A DNA stretch of 50,553 bases from Andalucia godoyi And28 (taxonomy: Eukaryota; Protista; Jakobida): contig VRVR01000030.1 of NCBI GenBank assembly GCA_009859145.1, positions 1-50,553 on the forward strand. The letters run 5' to 3'. This document shows, one piece after another, positions 40,426 to 50,553 of this stretch. Both the position numbers and the translations under genes were made by a program. The notes under the pieces are model-generated. The model saw nothing but the letters and a program-made list of their open reading frames with translations, was not told the DNA's origin and searched no databases. Within the stretch, counting starts at the first letter, position 1; each line of letters opens with the position of its first letter.

Positions 40426-42424
40426 TCCTGTGCATGCTGTCTCGGACGAACCTTTGCCCGCAGCCCGGACGTCGAATTCTGCACAAGACGATGCAGCCAG
40501 CACGCAGGCTCCGCATCTCGACGAGAAGCCGAATTGGCATTCAGAAGACCGGATCATGATTCGCAATCTCCCATTGTGGCTGCGTGAAAATGATTTTGAA
40601 AAGATGCTGAGAGGGATGGAGCCGCCCTTGTCTGGATTCATAAAGGCTCGAAAGGCACCGAATCAGAGCATTGGTTTTGCCCTTTTTGACCAATCTGAGC
40701 ATATGGAGTCTGCAATGCAGCGGCTTCATGGATACTTATTCAAGGATCGTAGCTGGGAAGTGTGCAAGGCTCAAGCGTGGGTTCCCAAGCAGCGCCAAGA
40801 CGGTACTGGTCGCAAACGACTGCGAAACGACGGCGCAGTCGAACTCGACGAAGAGGGAAATCCGTTGAAACAGCAAAAGGTATTGTCAATTGTTGAGCGG
40901 ACAGCCCCGTTGTATCACTTGTCTTATCAAGAACAGCTTGCAAAGAAGCACATGTTCCTGAAGGGTATCTTGGTGGACTCCAAAAAGGCGATTGCAAAGC
41001 TGTGGAGGCAGGCCGAGACTGCACAAGTCCCCGCACTGATCGCAGAGATTTTGGGACCCAAGGCTCCAGTCTTTGATTCGTTCTTCTACGAAATGAATGT
41101 GATACCGTCTCCGGTGCTTGTGGGGTACCGAAACAAGGTTGAGTTTACGTTTGGCCGCAATCAGAACAGCGAATATGACTGCGGGTTTAATGCTGGACAG
41201 TACGTCAATGGAATCATGACAGTCGGGTCTCCTCGAGACTGTCCGCAGGTTTCTGAAGTGCAGAAGTTTATTGCAGCCAAGTGTGCAGAGTTTTTGCAGA
41301 CGTATGCAAAACGCGAATTCGTGCTGCAAAGCGGACAGAAGGTTCAGGTCTGCGAGCCGTATGACAAGGAATCGAAACTTGGGTTTCATCGCGTCTTGAT
41401 TTTGCGGGAGAACTCGAAGAACGAAGTCTTGTTGATGCTCCATGCGAGCATTCTTGCTGTGAACGAATCGCAGGAAGAGGCACAGAGACAAGGGCAGTGT
41501 CTGCTCGAGTTTCTTCTCTCACACTGGAGCCAAATCACGCACGTTGTTCCGAATGCCGTCTTGAAAGGATTCCGGATTTGTGCATATTTGGGTGTTGGAA
41601 CATATCCGCCTGTTGATGCGCTGGCATTCAGGATATTTGGCGACGACACGGTATCCGAAACGCTGGAGGTCCTCGGACGATGTCTGAAGTTTGAGATTTC
41701 CATTTCTTCCTTTTTCCAGGTCAACAAGAGCGGTTGTGAGATTTTGTACAGTAAGACAATAGAGGAAGTTGTCCGTGCATTGGACTACGAGCCTTCTGGC
41801 GAAACCGAAAAGAAAGATGGCATTCTCGCGCTTGATGTGTGCTGTGGAACCGGCACCATTGGCTTGCTGCTTGCCTCGGAACCACGGATTTCAACAGTCA
41901 TTGGCGTGGACATCGTTGCAGATGCAGTCGAAGACGCGAAGCGCAATGCGGCTGCTAACAACCTTGCGGAAAAGTGCGAATTTGTCGCAGGGAAGGCTGA
42001 AGTCGTTCTTTCGAATTCATTTCTGGCGTCCCGATGCAAAGGAAAACGCGTGGTGGCTGTTGTTGATCCACCAAGATCGGGCCTCCACCCGAGTGTCTGC
42101 ATGGCGATGCGCAATTGCAAGGAAATTGATACGGTTGTATATGTCTCGTGCAGGCAAGAGTCGTTGGTCCAAAACCTCGACCAACTCTGCAGACCGAAAT
42201 CCTCGAATTACTATGGCATGCCGTTTGCGCCCGTGAAGATGATTGCTGTTGATATGTTCCCTCACACCGAGCATGTGGAAGCTGTGATGGTCTTCCAAAG
42301 ATGTACTCCCCCGAATCCAGCTCCAACCCCCAGCTTCGCAGACTCGCCTTCTGTTGTGGCTGTCGCCGTCGAACCGACAGCAAGCAGCCCCGGGGCAGTC
42401 CTACCGGATGCATCTTCCATGTAA
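40322..42424 (+). CDS. TRM2: tRNA (uracil-5)-methyltransferase Trm2/TRMT2A with RRM, 700 aa (alternative start 40376)
   Basis: RRM (IMIRNLP...GFALF), GYRNKVEFTFG, SFFQVN, LDVCCGTGTIG, VVDPPRSGL, VYVSC, VDMFPHTEHVE. Confidence 0.93.
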
Positions 42425-42776
42425 ATCCACCCAGCGATTACGTCTCAGAAAATTTTCACGGTTTCCGCAGACGAGCCGTAAAGGTTTTAACGGCGCATCA
42501 CTTTCACTTGCACTCTTTGGTATTCATTTTATTGTTATTATCATTATTAATTATTTTCCGATCGTCATGCATGGTGCTGCTGCACGCAGAAACAGTTGGT
42601 CACTTGTCGTAGCTTCCCTAGTGACAACTCGCCAGTCACAACTGGACCAGCTCACAAAACCCAGAGAAATTTCGTGCAGATCGTTCGCAAATACCTTTTT
42701 TGTTTCATGTCCACTCTTTTATTGCCTTTTTCCGGGTTCGTGATTATCGTGTGCATAGAAACATCATTGTTAGAAA

Positions 42777-44402
42777 ATGGCGCTGCGGACACCGTCGCGA
42801 TCCACAAAGCTGCCGATTCCGATCCAACACCTTCCCTACTATGCATGTGCGTGGCTGACTCCGTCTGTGTTTGTTGTGGGAGGCGGAGGCGGTCGCTCGC
42901 GAACAGGAGTTCCCAATGGCCTTGTATGACTTTGGTCTTTCGCTTGCTCGCTCAGTCAGTCAATCAATCTGCCAATCGCTCTATCTGGGTGTGTTTAACT
43001 TACTTTTTTAATTTTGCAATTTTTGTTGATTTTTTGAGTATGTTATATACACTCTCAATTCTGTTTGCCTGTTTTTGCGACTTTCGTGCTTGCTGAATGT
43101 TGTTAGAGGGTGTATGAAGCAGTTGATTTCCCCGAGGATGCAGAGCGGCCTTCACACTCGTTTCCGCTGATGGACTCTCGACTTGTTGCTTCGTTTGACA
43201 CAGCTTCTGACCCGGTGGAATCGATTGGGACGTTTGGAGACTCGCTGATTGTGTACTCGACTGCAACGAGCGTCGGGGTGCTGGAACTGAAGAACCAGCA
43301 ACTGAGCGAGACTGCGAAAATGGTGTTTGTGCAACTGACGGACGAACAAATGGACGCAATGCAGGATATTCCAAAGATCCAGTGTCGCGTGTTCTTGTGT
43401 CCGTGGACCAAGGAGCCACGAATTGTGTGCTGGACTAATGTGAAGCGCGATATGACACTTGCCTCCCCGAGTTCTCCAGCTGCGAAGACGGCTGCTGGAA
43501 TAAAGTCGCCGGGTCGCACTGGAGCTGCTTCTGGCGGAATTCCGAATCTGCGAATGTGGTTTGCAAGAGTGTCGAATCTTTCGTTGTGCTGCGTGGGGAA
43601 TGATGAAAAGACAGAACCTGGAATGTTTCGAGAACTGTGGTTTGCCAAGGAGGTCATCGACGTGGACATTCGATCGAACTGGCTCTGCGTGACAAGTCGC
43701 GATTCGTTTGTTCGGATCTTCGACTTGTTTACAGGTAATCAAGTCCACTGCACGTCAAATGCGCAAGTATTCTCCTCCACCCATCGATTAATTGGAGCCA
43801 AGTTTATGCCTGCCAAAGGGTTCAAGGGATACGATCCAGATGAGATACCCGAAGACGATGAACTGATTGCACTGTCGCGATCGAAAGAGTCCAGTGGTAA
43901 GGCTGGTCGCGATCAAACACCCGGTTTGCCAAGAACTGCAGCAATTCATGGATGCGTCGTTGTGTGTGCGGTGTCTTCCAAGGGCTGTGGAGATGTCGCG
44001 ATCCTGAGCGGAGACCTCAGTCGTGTTGAATTGCGCTCTCGAAAATTGACTCGAACTACGCCCTCGAGTTTTCGAGTTGAAAAAACGCATGCTTGGGGCT
44101 GTGTGATTGGAACGGTGGAAGGTGAAGTCGTGGACGTCCGGTTTCCGGATTTGCAGGCGGTAATGATGGCTAGACGGCACAGCTACATTGCTACCTCTGG
44201 AGATATCATCTTTGAAAAGGACAGATCGATGGTCCTCTCAGTGTCTAATGACTCTTCACTCCAAGTCCACCGAGCCCCGAGACTTGCCATCTCTCGAAAG
44301 AACCACGAGTGGTCACAGGTAAGCATCATTGCATGCACTATCGTCGTTGTCCTTCTTGCGATCTTTGTGGAGTTGGTTTTTCGAAGATTTGCACGGCAGT
44401 AA
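42777..44402 (+). CDS. SEC12: Sec12/PREB-like Sar1 GEF; join(42777..42923,43107..44402)
   Basis: Exon 1 encodes LPYYACAW...VVGGGGGRSRTGVPNGL (Sec12 K-loop motif) and splices in phase 0 to the beta-propeller ORF, which ends in VLSVSND and a C-terminal TM anchor. Confidence 0.85.
42924..43106 (+). other. Spliceosomal intron of SEC12 (183 nt, GTATGA...TTAG)
   Basis: Canonical ends; removal restores a continuous frame (GL|RVYEA); an in-frame TGA follows the donor if unspliced. Confidence 0.85.
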
Positions 44403-44498
44403 GATAAAGACTCAATCAGTGTAAACTAACATGTGAAATAGATTTTTTTTTCCATCCAGAAATGCCAGAATTGGGAACTTGATATGCGACAGACGATG

Positions 44499-45120
44499 CC
44501 ACTCGCCAAAACATGAATCATTATTGACCGTCGGGATAAGCTGTCACCGAAGACAGATCCAAGCCACGTGCTTTTATTATTATTAGGGGCGAGTACCAAC
44601 TCTGCATAAAAGGGTCATCGCAACCAACACATTCCCCAATCGATTCAATATTCAAAAAAATGACCGTTTGGAGGAAACAGGATGTGGTCGGCGCTGTCAC
44701 ACATTGCGCCAACGACGCTTTTGCCATTGCTCCTTCTTGTTCTCTGACTTAAAGCGCATTCCGAACGCAATCGATCACATCTTCGTGAATTTAAAATGTC
44801 TTGCTCTCCGCCTCCGACGAGAAGGGAATCAACGGGTTTCTTGGTTCTCGGCATCTTCGGAGCATGGCCGGTTTGCGTTTTTCGGGAAGATCCCTCTTTG
44901 GAGCCATGAGATCCTTTGTCTTTGTCTTTGTCTTTGTCTTTGTCTTTGATGAAAGGTGCTGCTTGAGGGTTCGGTTATGAAAAGACATAAATCAAACAGA
45001 AAGAATAATAGAAAGACAGACCAAAACGTGAAGAATGACGACTTGATCACGGTAAGAAAATCGTTTTGTTTGATGTTCAAACGCTGATGCGCAAAACTGT
45101 CAACCGTTGGAATGCAGGCG
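44499..45120 (+). repeat. Dispersed repeat family, copy 3 (full length; end overlaps the alpha-kinase stop codon)
   Basis: Aligns with the reverse complement of 12487-13093; internal (GTCTTT)5. Confidence 0.95.
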
Positions 45121-47532
45121 CTCATGAGCGGCTGCGATGGTTTCATCGAGCAAATGCAGCTTCTCGTTGACCTTGTTGGAAGTATCTTCAAAGTCGCGAA
45201 TCGCGCGAGTCGCAGATGCAGTGAGGCGAAATGTTGAATCCCCGGGACGCTCGGGCCGGTGCTTCTTCGCTTCGTCTCGCTTTCTTCGCTTCTCCAAGTA
45301 CGCCATGATATGATTGTACGCAGGCCCAACTGTGTCTTCATGCTGAGCATGTGCAGACGCCACCATGCGTGCCTTCAGCATCTCGCTTGACATCGAATCG
45401 GAACGTCGTAGTCCTGTCGTGCCGCTGCACACCGATTCGTTGTCCGCGGAGGAATCTGGAGACTCCGTTCGCCGAACCCGACCTGCTGCTGGAATTGTCG
45501 CAGACTCGGAAGCGAGAAGCCTTTCCAGCATGCGCAGGCGGTACAACGCCTCTTTCCGTTCGTCATTTCTGGCAGTCTCAAACTGAACATAGTCGGGGCG
45601 CGAACGATGGGTATCGACGTCGTTCAGCGAAAATTTGGTGTATCCTTCCACTCTGGGCCTAGCCTCCGCGTGCGCCGGCACCCAATCGCGAACAACCTTT
45701 GGGAGACTCAGGCCATCGCAAATGGAATTGCATTCGTGGGTCTTGAGGAACGCCAAGATTCCCCGGGGACCAAGGTTCCCGTCTCCAAACCCGTGCCCAG
45801 TCATTGAGTGAATCTGCGGATCTGTATAAAGGTCCCCCTCTCCTTGCAAGTCGCAGATAAGCAGCTGGTGGCCAGATGCCTCCCAAGTAAAATGCGAAAA
45901 CGCCTGATGGGTGTTGCGAAGGTGCTCTCGATTCACCGATCCATAGTTCGAGTTGTGTTTTTCAAAATGGCGGTTGTCGAGCTTCGGCTCGATGCAGTAA
46001 AGGGGTCGGTGCATTTCGCTCACGCACTCAATCACCCAGCACGGAAGAAATCCAATCTGTTTCGGCGGATGATGCTTGTTGAACCGCGCTGCCCAATACC
46101 GCGCACATGCCTGCGTCTTCACAGCTTCAAAATACCGTTCTCGTTCTTCGTCCAGATTGGCTTGGAATATTCGTTTGGCAACGAGGGGCCAGTCGTTCGA
46201 CCCGGGACCAGTCGAGTTCGCAGCGTGCGAAGAAAACATGTCGGACTGCTTGTATCCCTGCTGTCTGCACCTGTATGACTCGCGAAGCGTTCCACGCGCA
46301 AACGGCGCATTCTCGATGAAAACCCGAACCCGCGATTTTCTCCATCCGTCCGATTGGACAATATATTCATAACGAATAGCTTCCGTCCACTTCGAAGACC
46401 GAGACGATGTCGGACGAGATCTAGCAGCAGCGGTAGAGGATGAAGACGAGGATGACGCAGAGACCGGGCGCGCTGCTTTTTCAATCGTCGGTAGCAACGG
46501 TGTTGCGGCCATTGCGAGTTGTTCCGAGCTCGAGTCCGTTCCACTCCATCTCTTTTGCGAGTCTTGCTGCTTTGGAGAAGTCGTATTCTCGCCCGCAAGA
46601 GGCACGGTGTGGTATGCCTGAATCTTCTGGGAGTCATAATGCTCCTGATGAATATCGGACAGTGCAGAGATGGGCGGCGGCGGAGGCTTCGGTTGAACCT
46701 GCTGCTGCACTCGAGGAGAGAGTCCCAGCTCTCGAAGGATCCCCGTCTTTCGCCGATCCGACAATGTTGAGTGCGAAGTCTTCAGTCGTTCAATCACAAC
46801 GGATGCCACAGTCGGCTGCCTCCTTGCAGGTGGTGCTAACGTGCCGAGGCTCTCATTGTCACGATATGAAGAGTGCGCGGAACTCAAGTCCTTTGGTATC
46901 CGGGGACTGCGACTCGACGATGCTGCAGCTTCATTTCCACGCGACGTCAGAGGCGGTCGTGGGGTCCGTACTTGGGTTTCATGATGATCAGCCAATGGAG
47001 ACTGTGCAAAGGACTGCGAATCGGGAATGACGGACGACGATGTTCGATCCGGTTGGTACCTTCGTGGTGTAGCAAGTGCCTTGACTGTGCGGCTCGCATC
47101 ATCAGACGGTTCCTCACCGCTGCTCACAGAGTTTTTCAAGACATCCAACCGATGCAAATACGCATCGGCTGCATGCTTGGCGATTTGCCAGTGAGGAGGT
47201 TTCCGATGATACTGGACAGTGTCATCATTGCTGCCGTCGTCCAGGACTGCCATGCTTCCGAGGTGATCATGGGAAGCCACGGATTTTCCAAGGGATGCCG
47301 ATTTCGTACTGCTAAGTACGTTGGCACCGCGGGATGATGACAGCGATCGGTCAACATCATTTGACGAACAACTCAGCTTGTGAAGTTCAGCAAGTTTTCT
47401 TGGCGACGTGATCGGGTACACGTATGAGTCCACAACATGCGCAGGCGGAATTTTTCGACCCGATGGACTCTTCGGATCGGAAAACACTATTGTTGTGGAA
47501 TGCAGCTTTCTGAGTTTCAATGGCGACCCCAT
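45100..47532 (-). CDS. Alpha-kinase (eEF2K/myosin heavy chain kinase family), 810 aa
   Basis: PFARGTLRESY, LVAKRI, VKTQACARYWAARFN, EPKL...FEKHNSNYG, QAFSHFTW, ICDLQG, YTDPQIH, FGDGNLG, HECNSIC. Confidence 0.95.
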   Translation of the reverse strand: MGSPLKLRKLHSTTIVFSDPKSPSGRKIPPAHVVDSYVYPITSPRKLAELHKLSCSSNDVDRSLSSSRGANVLSSTKSASLGKSVASHDHLGSMAVLDDGSNDDTVQYHRKPPHWQIAKHAADAYLHRLDVLKNSVSSGEEPSDDASRTVKALATPRRYQPDRTSSSVIPDSQSFAQSPLADHHETQVRTPRPPLTSRGNEAAASSSRSPRIPKDLSSAHSSYRDNESLGTLAPPARRQPTVASVVIERLKTSHSTLSDRRKTGILRELGLSPRVQQQVQPKPPPPPISALSDIHQEHYDSQKIQAYHTVPLAGENTTSPKQQDSQKRWSGTDSSSEQLAMAATPLLPTIEKAARPVSASSSSSSSTAAARSRPTSSRSSKWTEAIRYEYIVQSDGWRKSRVRVFIENAPFARGTLRESYRCRQQGYKQSDMFSSHAANSTGPGSNDWPLVAKRIFQANLDEERERYFEAVKTQACARYWAARFNKHHPPKQIGFLPCWVIECVSEMHRPLYCIEPKLDNRHFEKHNSNYGSVNREHLRNTHQAFSHFTWEASGHQLLICDLQGEGDLYTDPQIHSMTGHGFGDGNLGPRGILAFLKTHECNSICDGLSLPKVVRDWVPAHAEARPRVEGYTKFSLNDVDTHRSRPDYVQFETARNDERKEALYRLRMLERLLASESATIPAAGRVRRTESPDSSADNESVCSGTTGLRRSDSMSSEMLKARMVASAHAQHEDTVGPAYNHIMAYLEKRRKRDEAKKHRPERPGDSTFRLTASATRAIRDFEDTSNKVNEKLHLLDETIAAAHERLHSNG

Positions 47533-47798
47533 GCCTCCAGGATCCCGGTGAGAAGTGAATCAATAACGAAGCCGCCGGTGCGTGATGATGGTTTTGCTTA
47601 ACTTTTTTTGTTGATACGTCCCGCACAGGACGAAGAGGTGAGAAGAATGAAGACGAAAAGAAAGAAAAGAAAAGAAAACGGCAAAATTCAAAAAAAAAGA
47701 AAACCATCTGCAGTCTGCTAACACGACAATCATACAACATCCTTGGAAGTCCGACGCCATAGCAGAAACAAAGAAAAAGGCGCAAAACGGAACAGCAT

Positions 47799-47946
47799 CC
47801 GAATTGACCACGCCTACATTACACACTGAACATGCATATCTACGAGTAGACATGCATATCCAGTCTTGCATCCCGTTGCCGGGAAGAGGATAGGCCCCAA
47901 CACGCCTCACGGCGTTCTTCAGATAAATGCTCCGCGCTCCGTTCCC
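47799..47946 (-). ncRNA. Predicted omega-RNA scaffold overlapping the Fanzor2 3' end
   Basis: 18-bp hairpin at 47825-47864 (CTCG loop), TCCCG-GCAA-CGGGA hairpin, GAGG/CCTC stem and GCCTAT/GTAGGC pairing; G-U pairs favour the minus strand as the RNA. Confidence 0.72.
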
Positions 47947-48233
47947 AATCTCGATCAATCGGTGAGCTGCACGCGGGACATGCAACCACTTTGCTTGCGC
48001 CGCTCGCGATACTCGGTCGCCTTATGGAACAAACGTTGCTGGGAATTGGCAGTCTTGCAGCGGATTCGATGATGATGCTTTTGAGTACCATCTGAGAGGT
48101 CTCAAACTTCGGAAGCAGGATGATGTCGTACTCCGCACAGGATCACTTGGCCAGCCGACGGTGCATGTCACACGTTAGGTCGCGAACTTTTTTGGAAGAT
48201 TCGGAGCCGAGCACGGCGCAACGCACGAGTTAT
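47911..48233 (-). pseudogene. Fanzor2/TnpB RuvC nuclease pseudogene fragment
   Basis: Across frameshifts: RRARLRIFQK / VRDLTCDMHRRLAK*SCAEYDIILLPKFETSQMV / RIRCKTAN / QQRLFHKATEY / GASKVVACPACSSPIDRD / GNGARSIYLKN, in the order expected for the Fanzor2/TnpB C-terminal half. Confidence 0.85.
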
Positions 48234-48716
48234 TGGTGAAATGGAACTGCACACCTTTTTTTTACTGCATCTGAGAATTCGAGGAACGATCGCAAGGAAA
48301 GGAGCGTGCGATGGGGAGAAAAAAGAGCAGTAAAACGCCGCTTCACGAAGACGGTGCGGAATCCAAAAAGAAGACTGGTCGACCGAAACGTCTTATCGAT
48401 GAATAGGCATCCGCAGGGCGTTCTCTGCGGGTTTTTTTTAATTAAAAATATAAAAAATATAAAAAGAAGAACGGAAGAAAGAAACCAACTACAATGATGC
48501 GCGTTTTGGGGGGAAGAGGCGTTTCCAGATATGTCAGGGAAGACGTTGGAAACAACGATATCGATGCGCCAGGTTGAGCGGTGCGCGGCCTCGGGGATGA
48601 TCAGCTGCTCTTTTTGTTTTTTTTTCCCTTAATGGTCGTCGACCCCACCACGAAGGCAAAACAAAAAAAAAAGACGAAAACCAATGGCAAAAGCAAGATC
48701 TAAAGCCTGGCGAGGA

Positions 48717-49907
48717 TTATACACGGGGAGTCTTGCCAGAGGTCATGTCCGGACTTGTATATGTGAAACCGTTGAACTGCGCTTGGAAATCCTCGTTTCG
48801 ATCGAGCGAGGATTCCTGGACAACAGAGTCCTGCGGGGTCATCTTCGTAAACTCTTCATCAAAGTTATCCGCATCATCCTCTCCTCTGGTCCGTGGCATA
48901 AACGGAGCTGGGATTTTCTTAGCCATAAGCATATTCCAGTCGATGCCGATGTACTGGAAGAAGGGATGGTTTCTCACGTCTTCTCCACCAAGGCGCTTTG
49001 AGGGATCCCTGTCCAGCAGCCCTCTGAGTAGAGACTGTGCATGGACAGACAAGAACGGCGGAAAGACAAGTTCTCCGTACAAAATCAGCGAGTACATGTT
49101 CTGCAGGTTTTCGTCATAAAACGGCGGAACCCCAACCATCATTTCGTACATTAGGGTGCCAAGAGACCACCAATCCATCGCCTTTCCTCTGGCTTCATGC
49201 CGCAGCACTTCCGGCGCAAGATACTCTGGAGTTCCGCAGAACGAGTGCGTTCGCCCCTGACCCTCTGGCTCTTCCTGGACGTCCATCTTTGCAAGTCCGA
49301 AATCTGTGAGCCGAATGTGACCATCTGCGCCAAGCAATACGTTTTCCGGCTTCAAATCACGGTACAGCACATCGTGGCTGTGCAAATAGAGCAGAGCCAG
49401 CACAATTTCTGCAGCATAAAACCCAGCTCGGCGCTCTGCAAATCTTCCTTCTCGCTTCAAATGGAAGAACAACTCGCCCCCGTTCACATACTCGAGGACC
49501 AGATACAGCTTTCCCGAACTCTGGAATGCGAAATGCAATCGCACAAGAAATGGATGTCGCGAATGAATCAAGATCGCTCGTTCCGTCAGCGTGTGTCGAA
49601 TCTGATCTCGAGCAGCGATAAGCCCCTTTTTGATAACCTTCATTGCATAAACCTTTCCATTATCACGCTTTCGAACAAGAAGAACCTTCCCAAACGACCC
49701 CTGGCCTAGCACCCGAAGAAGCTCAAAGTCATCCACTGACAACTTCGAGTACGAAAGCGATGTCGCAGAGTCGGGATTCAGTGAAATCGCATTCATTGAA
49801 GGATCCACATAATTCGAAGCTTCTGCTCCAGACCCCGAGTCAATACTAACAACTCCGCCTGAATCCGAGTCGCTTTCTCCCTTTTCCTTCCCCTGCTTAT
49901 TTCCCAT
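48717..49907 (-). CDS. AGC-family Ser/Thr kinase (PKB/SGK/Sch9-like) without PH domain, likely N-myristoylated, 396 aa
   Basis: GQGSFGKV, YAMKVI, YRDLKPEN, DFG, THSFCGTPEYLAPE, hydrophobic motif FNGFTY; N-terminus MGNKQGK. Confidence 0.95.
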   Translation of the reverse strand: MGNKQGKEKGESDSDSGGVVSIDSGSGAEASNYVDPSMNAISLNPDSATSLSYSKLSVDDFELLRVLGQGSFGKVLLVRKRDNGKVYAMKVIKKGLIAARDQIRHTLTERAILIHSRHPFLVRLHFAFQSSGKLYLVLEYVNGGELFFHLKREGRFAERRAGFYAAEIVLALLYLHSHDVLYRDLKPENVLLGADGHIRLTDFGLAKMDVQEEPEGQGRTHSFCGTPEYLAPEVLRHEARGKAMDWWSLGTLMYEMMVGVPPFYDENLQNMYSLILYGELVFPPFLSVHAQSLLRGLLDRDPSKRLGGEDVRNHPFFQYIGIDWNMLMAKKIPAPFMPRTRGEDDADNFDEEFTKMTPQDSVVQESSLDRNEDFQAQFNGFTYTSPDMTSGKTPRV

Positions 49908-50310
49908 TTTTTATTCCCACCTTGTTGTTGTCAGTGTCGGTGTGTGAGTGTGTGAGTGGTTGCGTATGTGAGTGGTTGCGTATGTGTCCGTCCGTCCGTC
50001 CGTCTTCCTTCTATGCCCAATATATATGTGTAAGAAAATGTATGTATAAAACAAGAAAAAAATAGTCAGACTATCCTTCGTCTTATGTACTGTTGTCGTC
50101 TATTCTGTTTCGTTCAGCAAGGAGAAAAGAAGGGGAGAGAGAAAAAAACACCCCCTTTTCCGAAACAGAAAATAAAATTAAAGGAAAGAAGAAGGAGATA
50201 GAAAGAGCACTCAAATAACCAAATAAACAGTGTCTTTTTAGGATAAATGGAGGATTGAAAAGGAGAAGTTGAACGAAAAGAGAGTAACCACCAGGAATGT
50301 CCATTCAGTC

Positions 50311-50378
50311 AGAGAGACAGAGGCAGAGACAGAGGCAGAGACAGAGGCAGAGACAGAGACAGAGACAGAGAGAGAGAG
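50311..50378. repeat. Hexamer tandem repeat (AGAGAC/AGAGGC)n
   Basis: Directly visible. Confidence 0.9.
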
Positions 50379-50553
50379 TTGAAAAGAGTGGCCCGAACGC
50401 AATCGGAGATTCGAATCCTCTCCATCCTCGGAGGGGCTCTCTGAACACATACAGCCAGTAACTGACAGCAAAACGAACGGAGATTGCAGTACAGCAGATA
50501 AAACGGTTGTTTCTACGTATCGTAAAGGCAGGTATTCTTGCCGGCTGGAGGTG

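Larger units (their letters stand above)
47799..48233 (-). mobile_element. Remnant 3' part of a Fanzor2/TnpB (IS607-like) element
   Basis: Degenerate RuvC/zinc-finger coding sequence followed by a structured region conserved with 19830-19990 and ending in ...CAATTCGG. Confidence 0.82.

Noticed and set aside
50238-50553. Open minus-strand frames entering from the right edge
   Set aside because: Two frames are open and both run into a hexamer repeat; cannot tell whether either is coding.

Overview
This is a gene-dense, intron-poor microbial eukaryote window; the bacterial-type organellar PolA and compact layout fit a discobid or similar protist, but I cannot confirm this from sequence. About 21 protein genes are supported: secreted 5'-nucleotidase, an atypical Rab5-family GTPase, SHMT, UTP13, TRM11, GPC1, reticulon, RanBP9/10-like, ACLB, MMSDH, URC1, PolA, UPRT, three orphans, HAP2/GCS1, TRM2, SEC12 (its first exon is missing from the ORF track), an alpha-kinase and an AGC kinase. 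Three signals stand out. (1) A decayed Fanzor2/TnpB RuvC gene at 47911-48233 (-) is followed by a structured omega-RNA-like region, and a second stand-alone copy of that RNA lies at 19830-19990 (+). The two copies share a fold with a compensatory base pair, a pseudoknot-type pairing and 18-bp hairpins of different sequence. (2) MMSDH, URC1 and UPRT lie within 8 kb, a candidate uracil-catabolism (URC-like) cluster interrupted by a PolA whose nuclease domains look dead. (3) A ~600-bp dispersed repeat occurs in three copies; one overlaps the alpha-kinase stop codon and two may supply 5' splice donors to downstream genes. All family assignments come from manual motif recognition; no database search was run.
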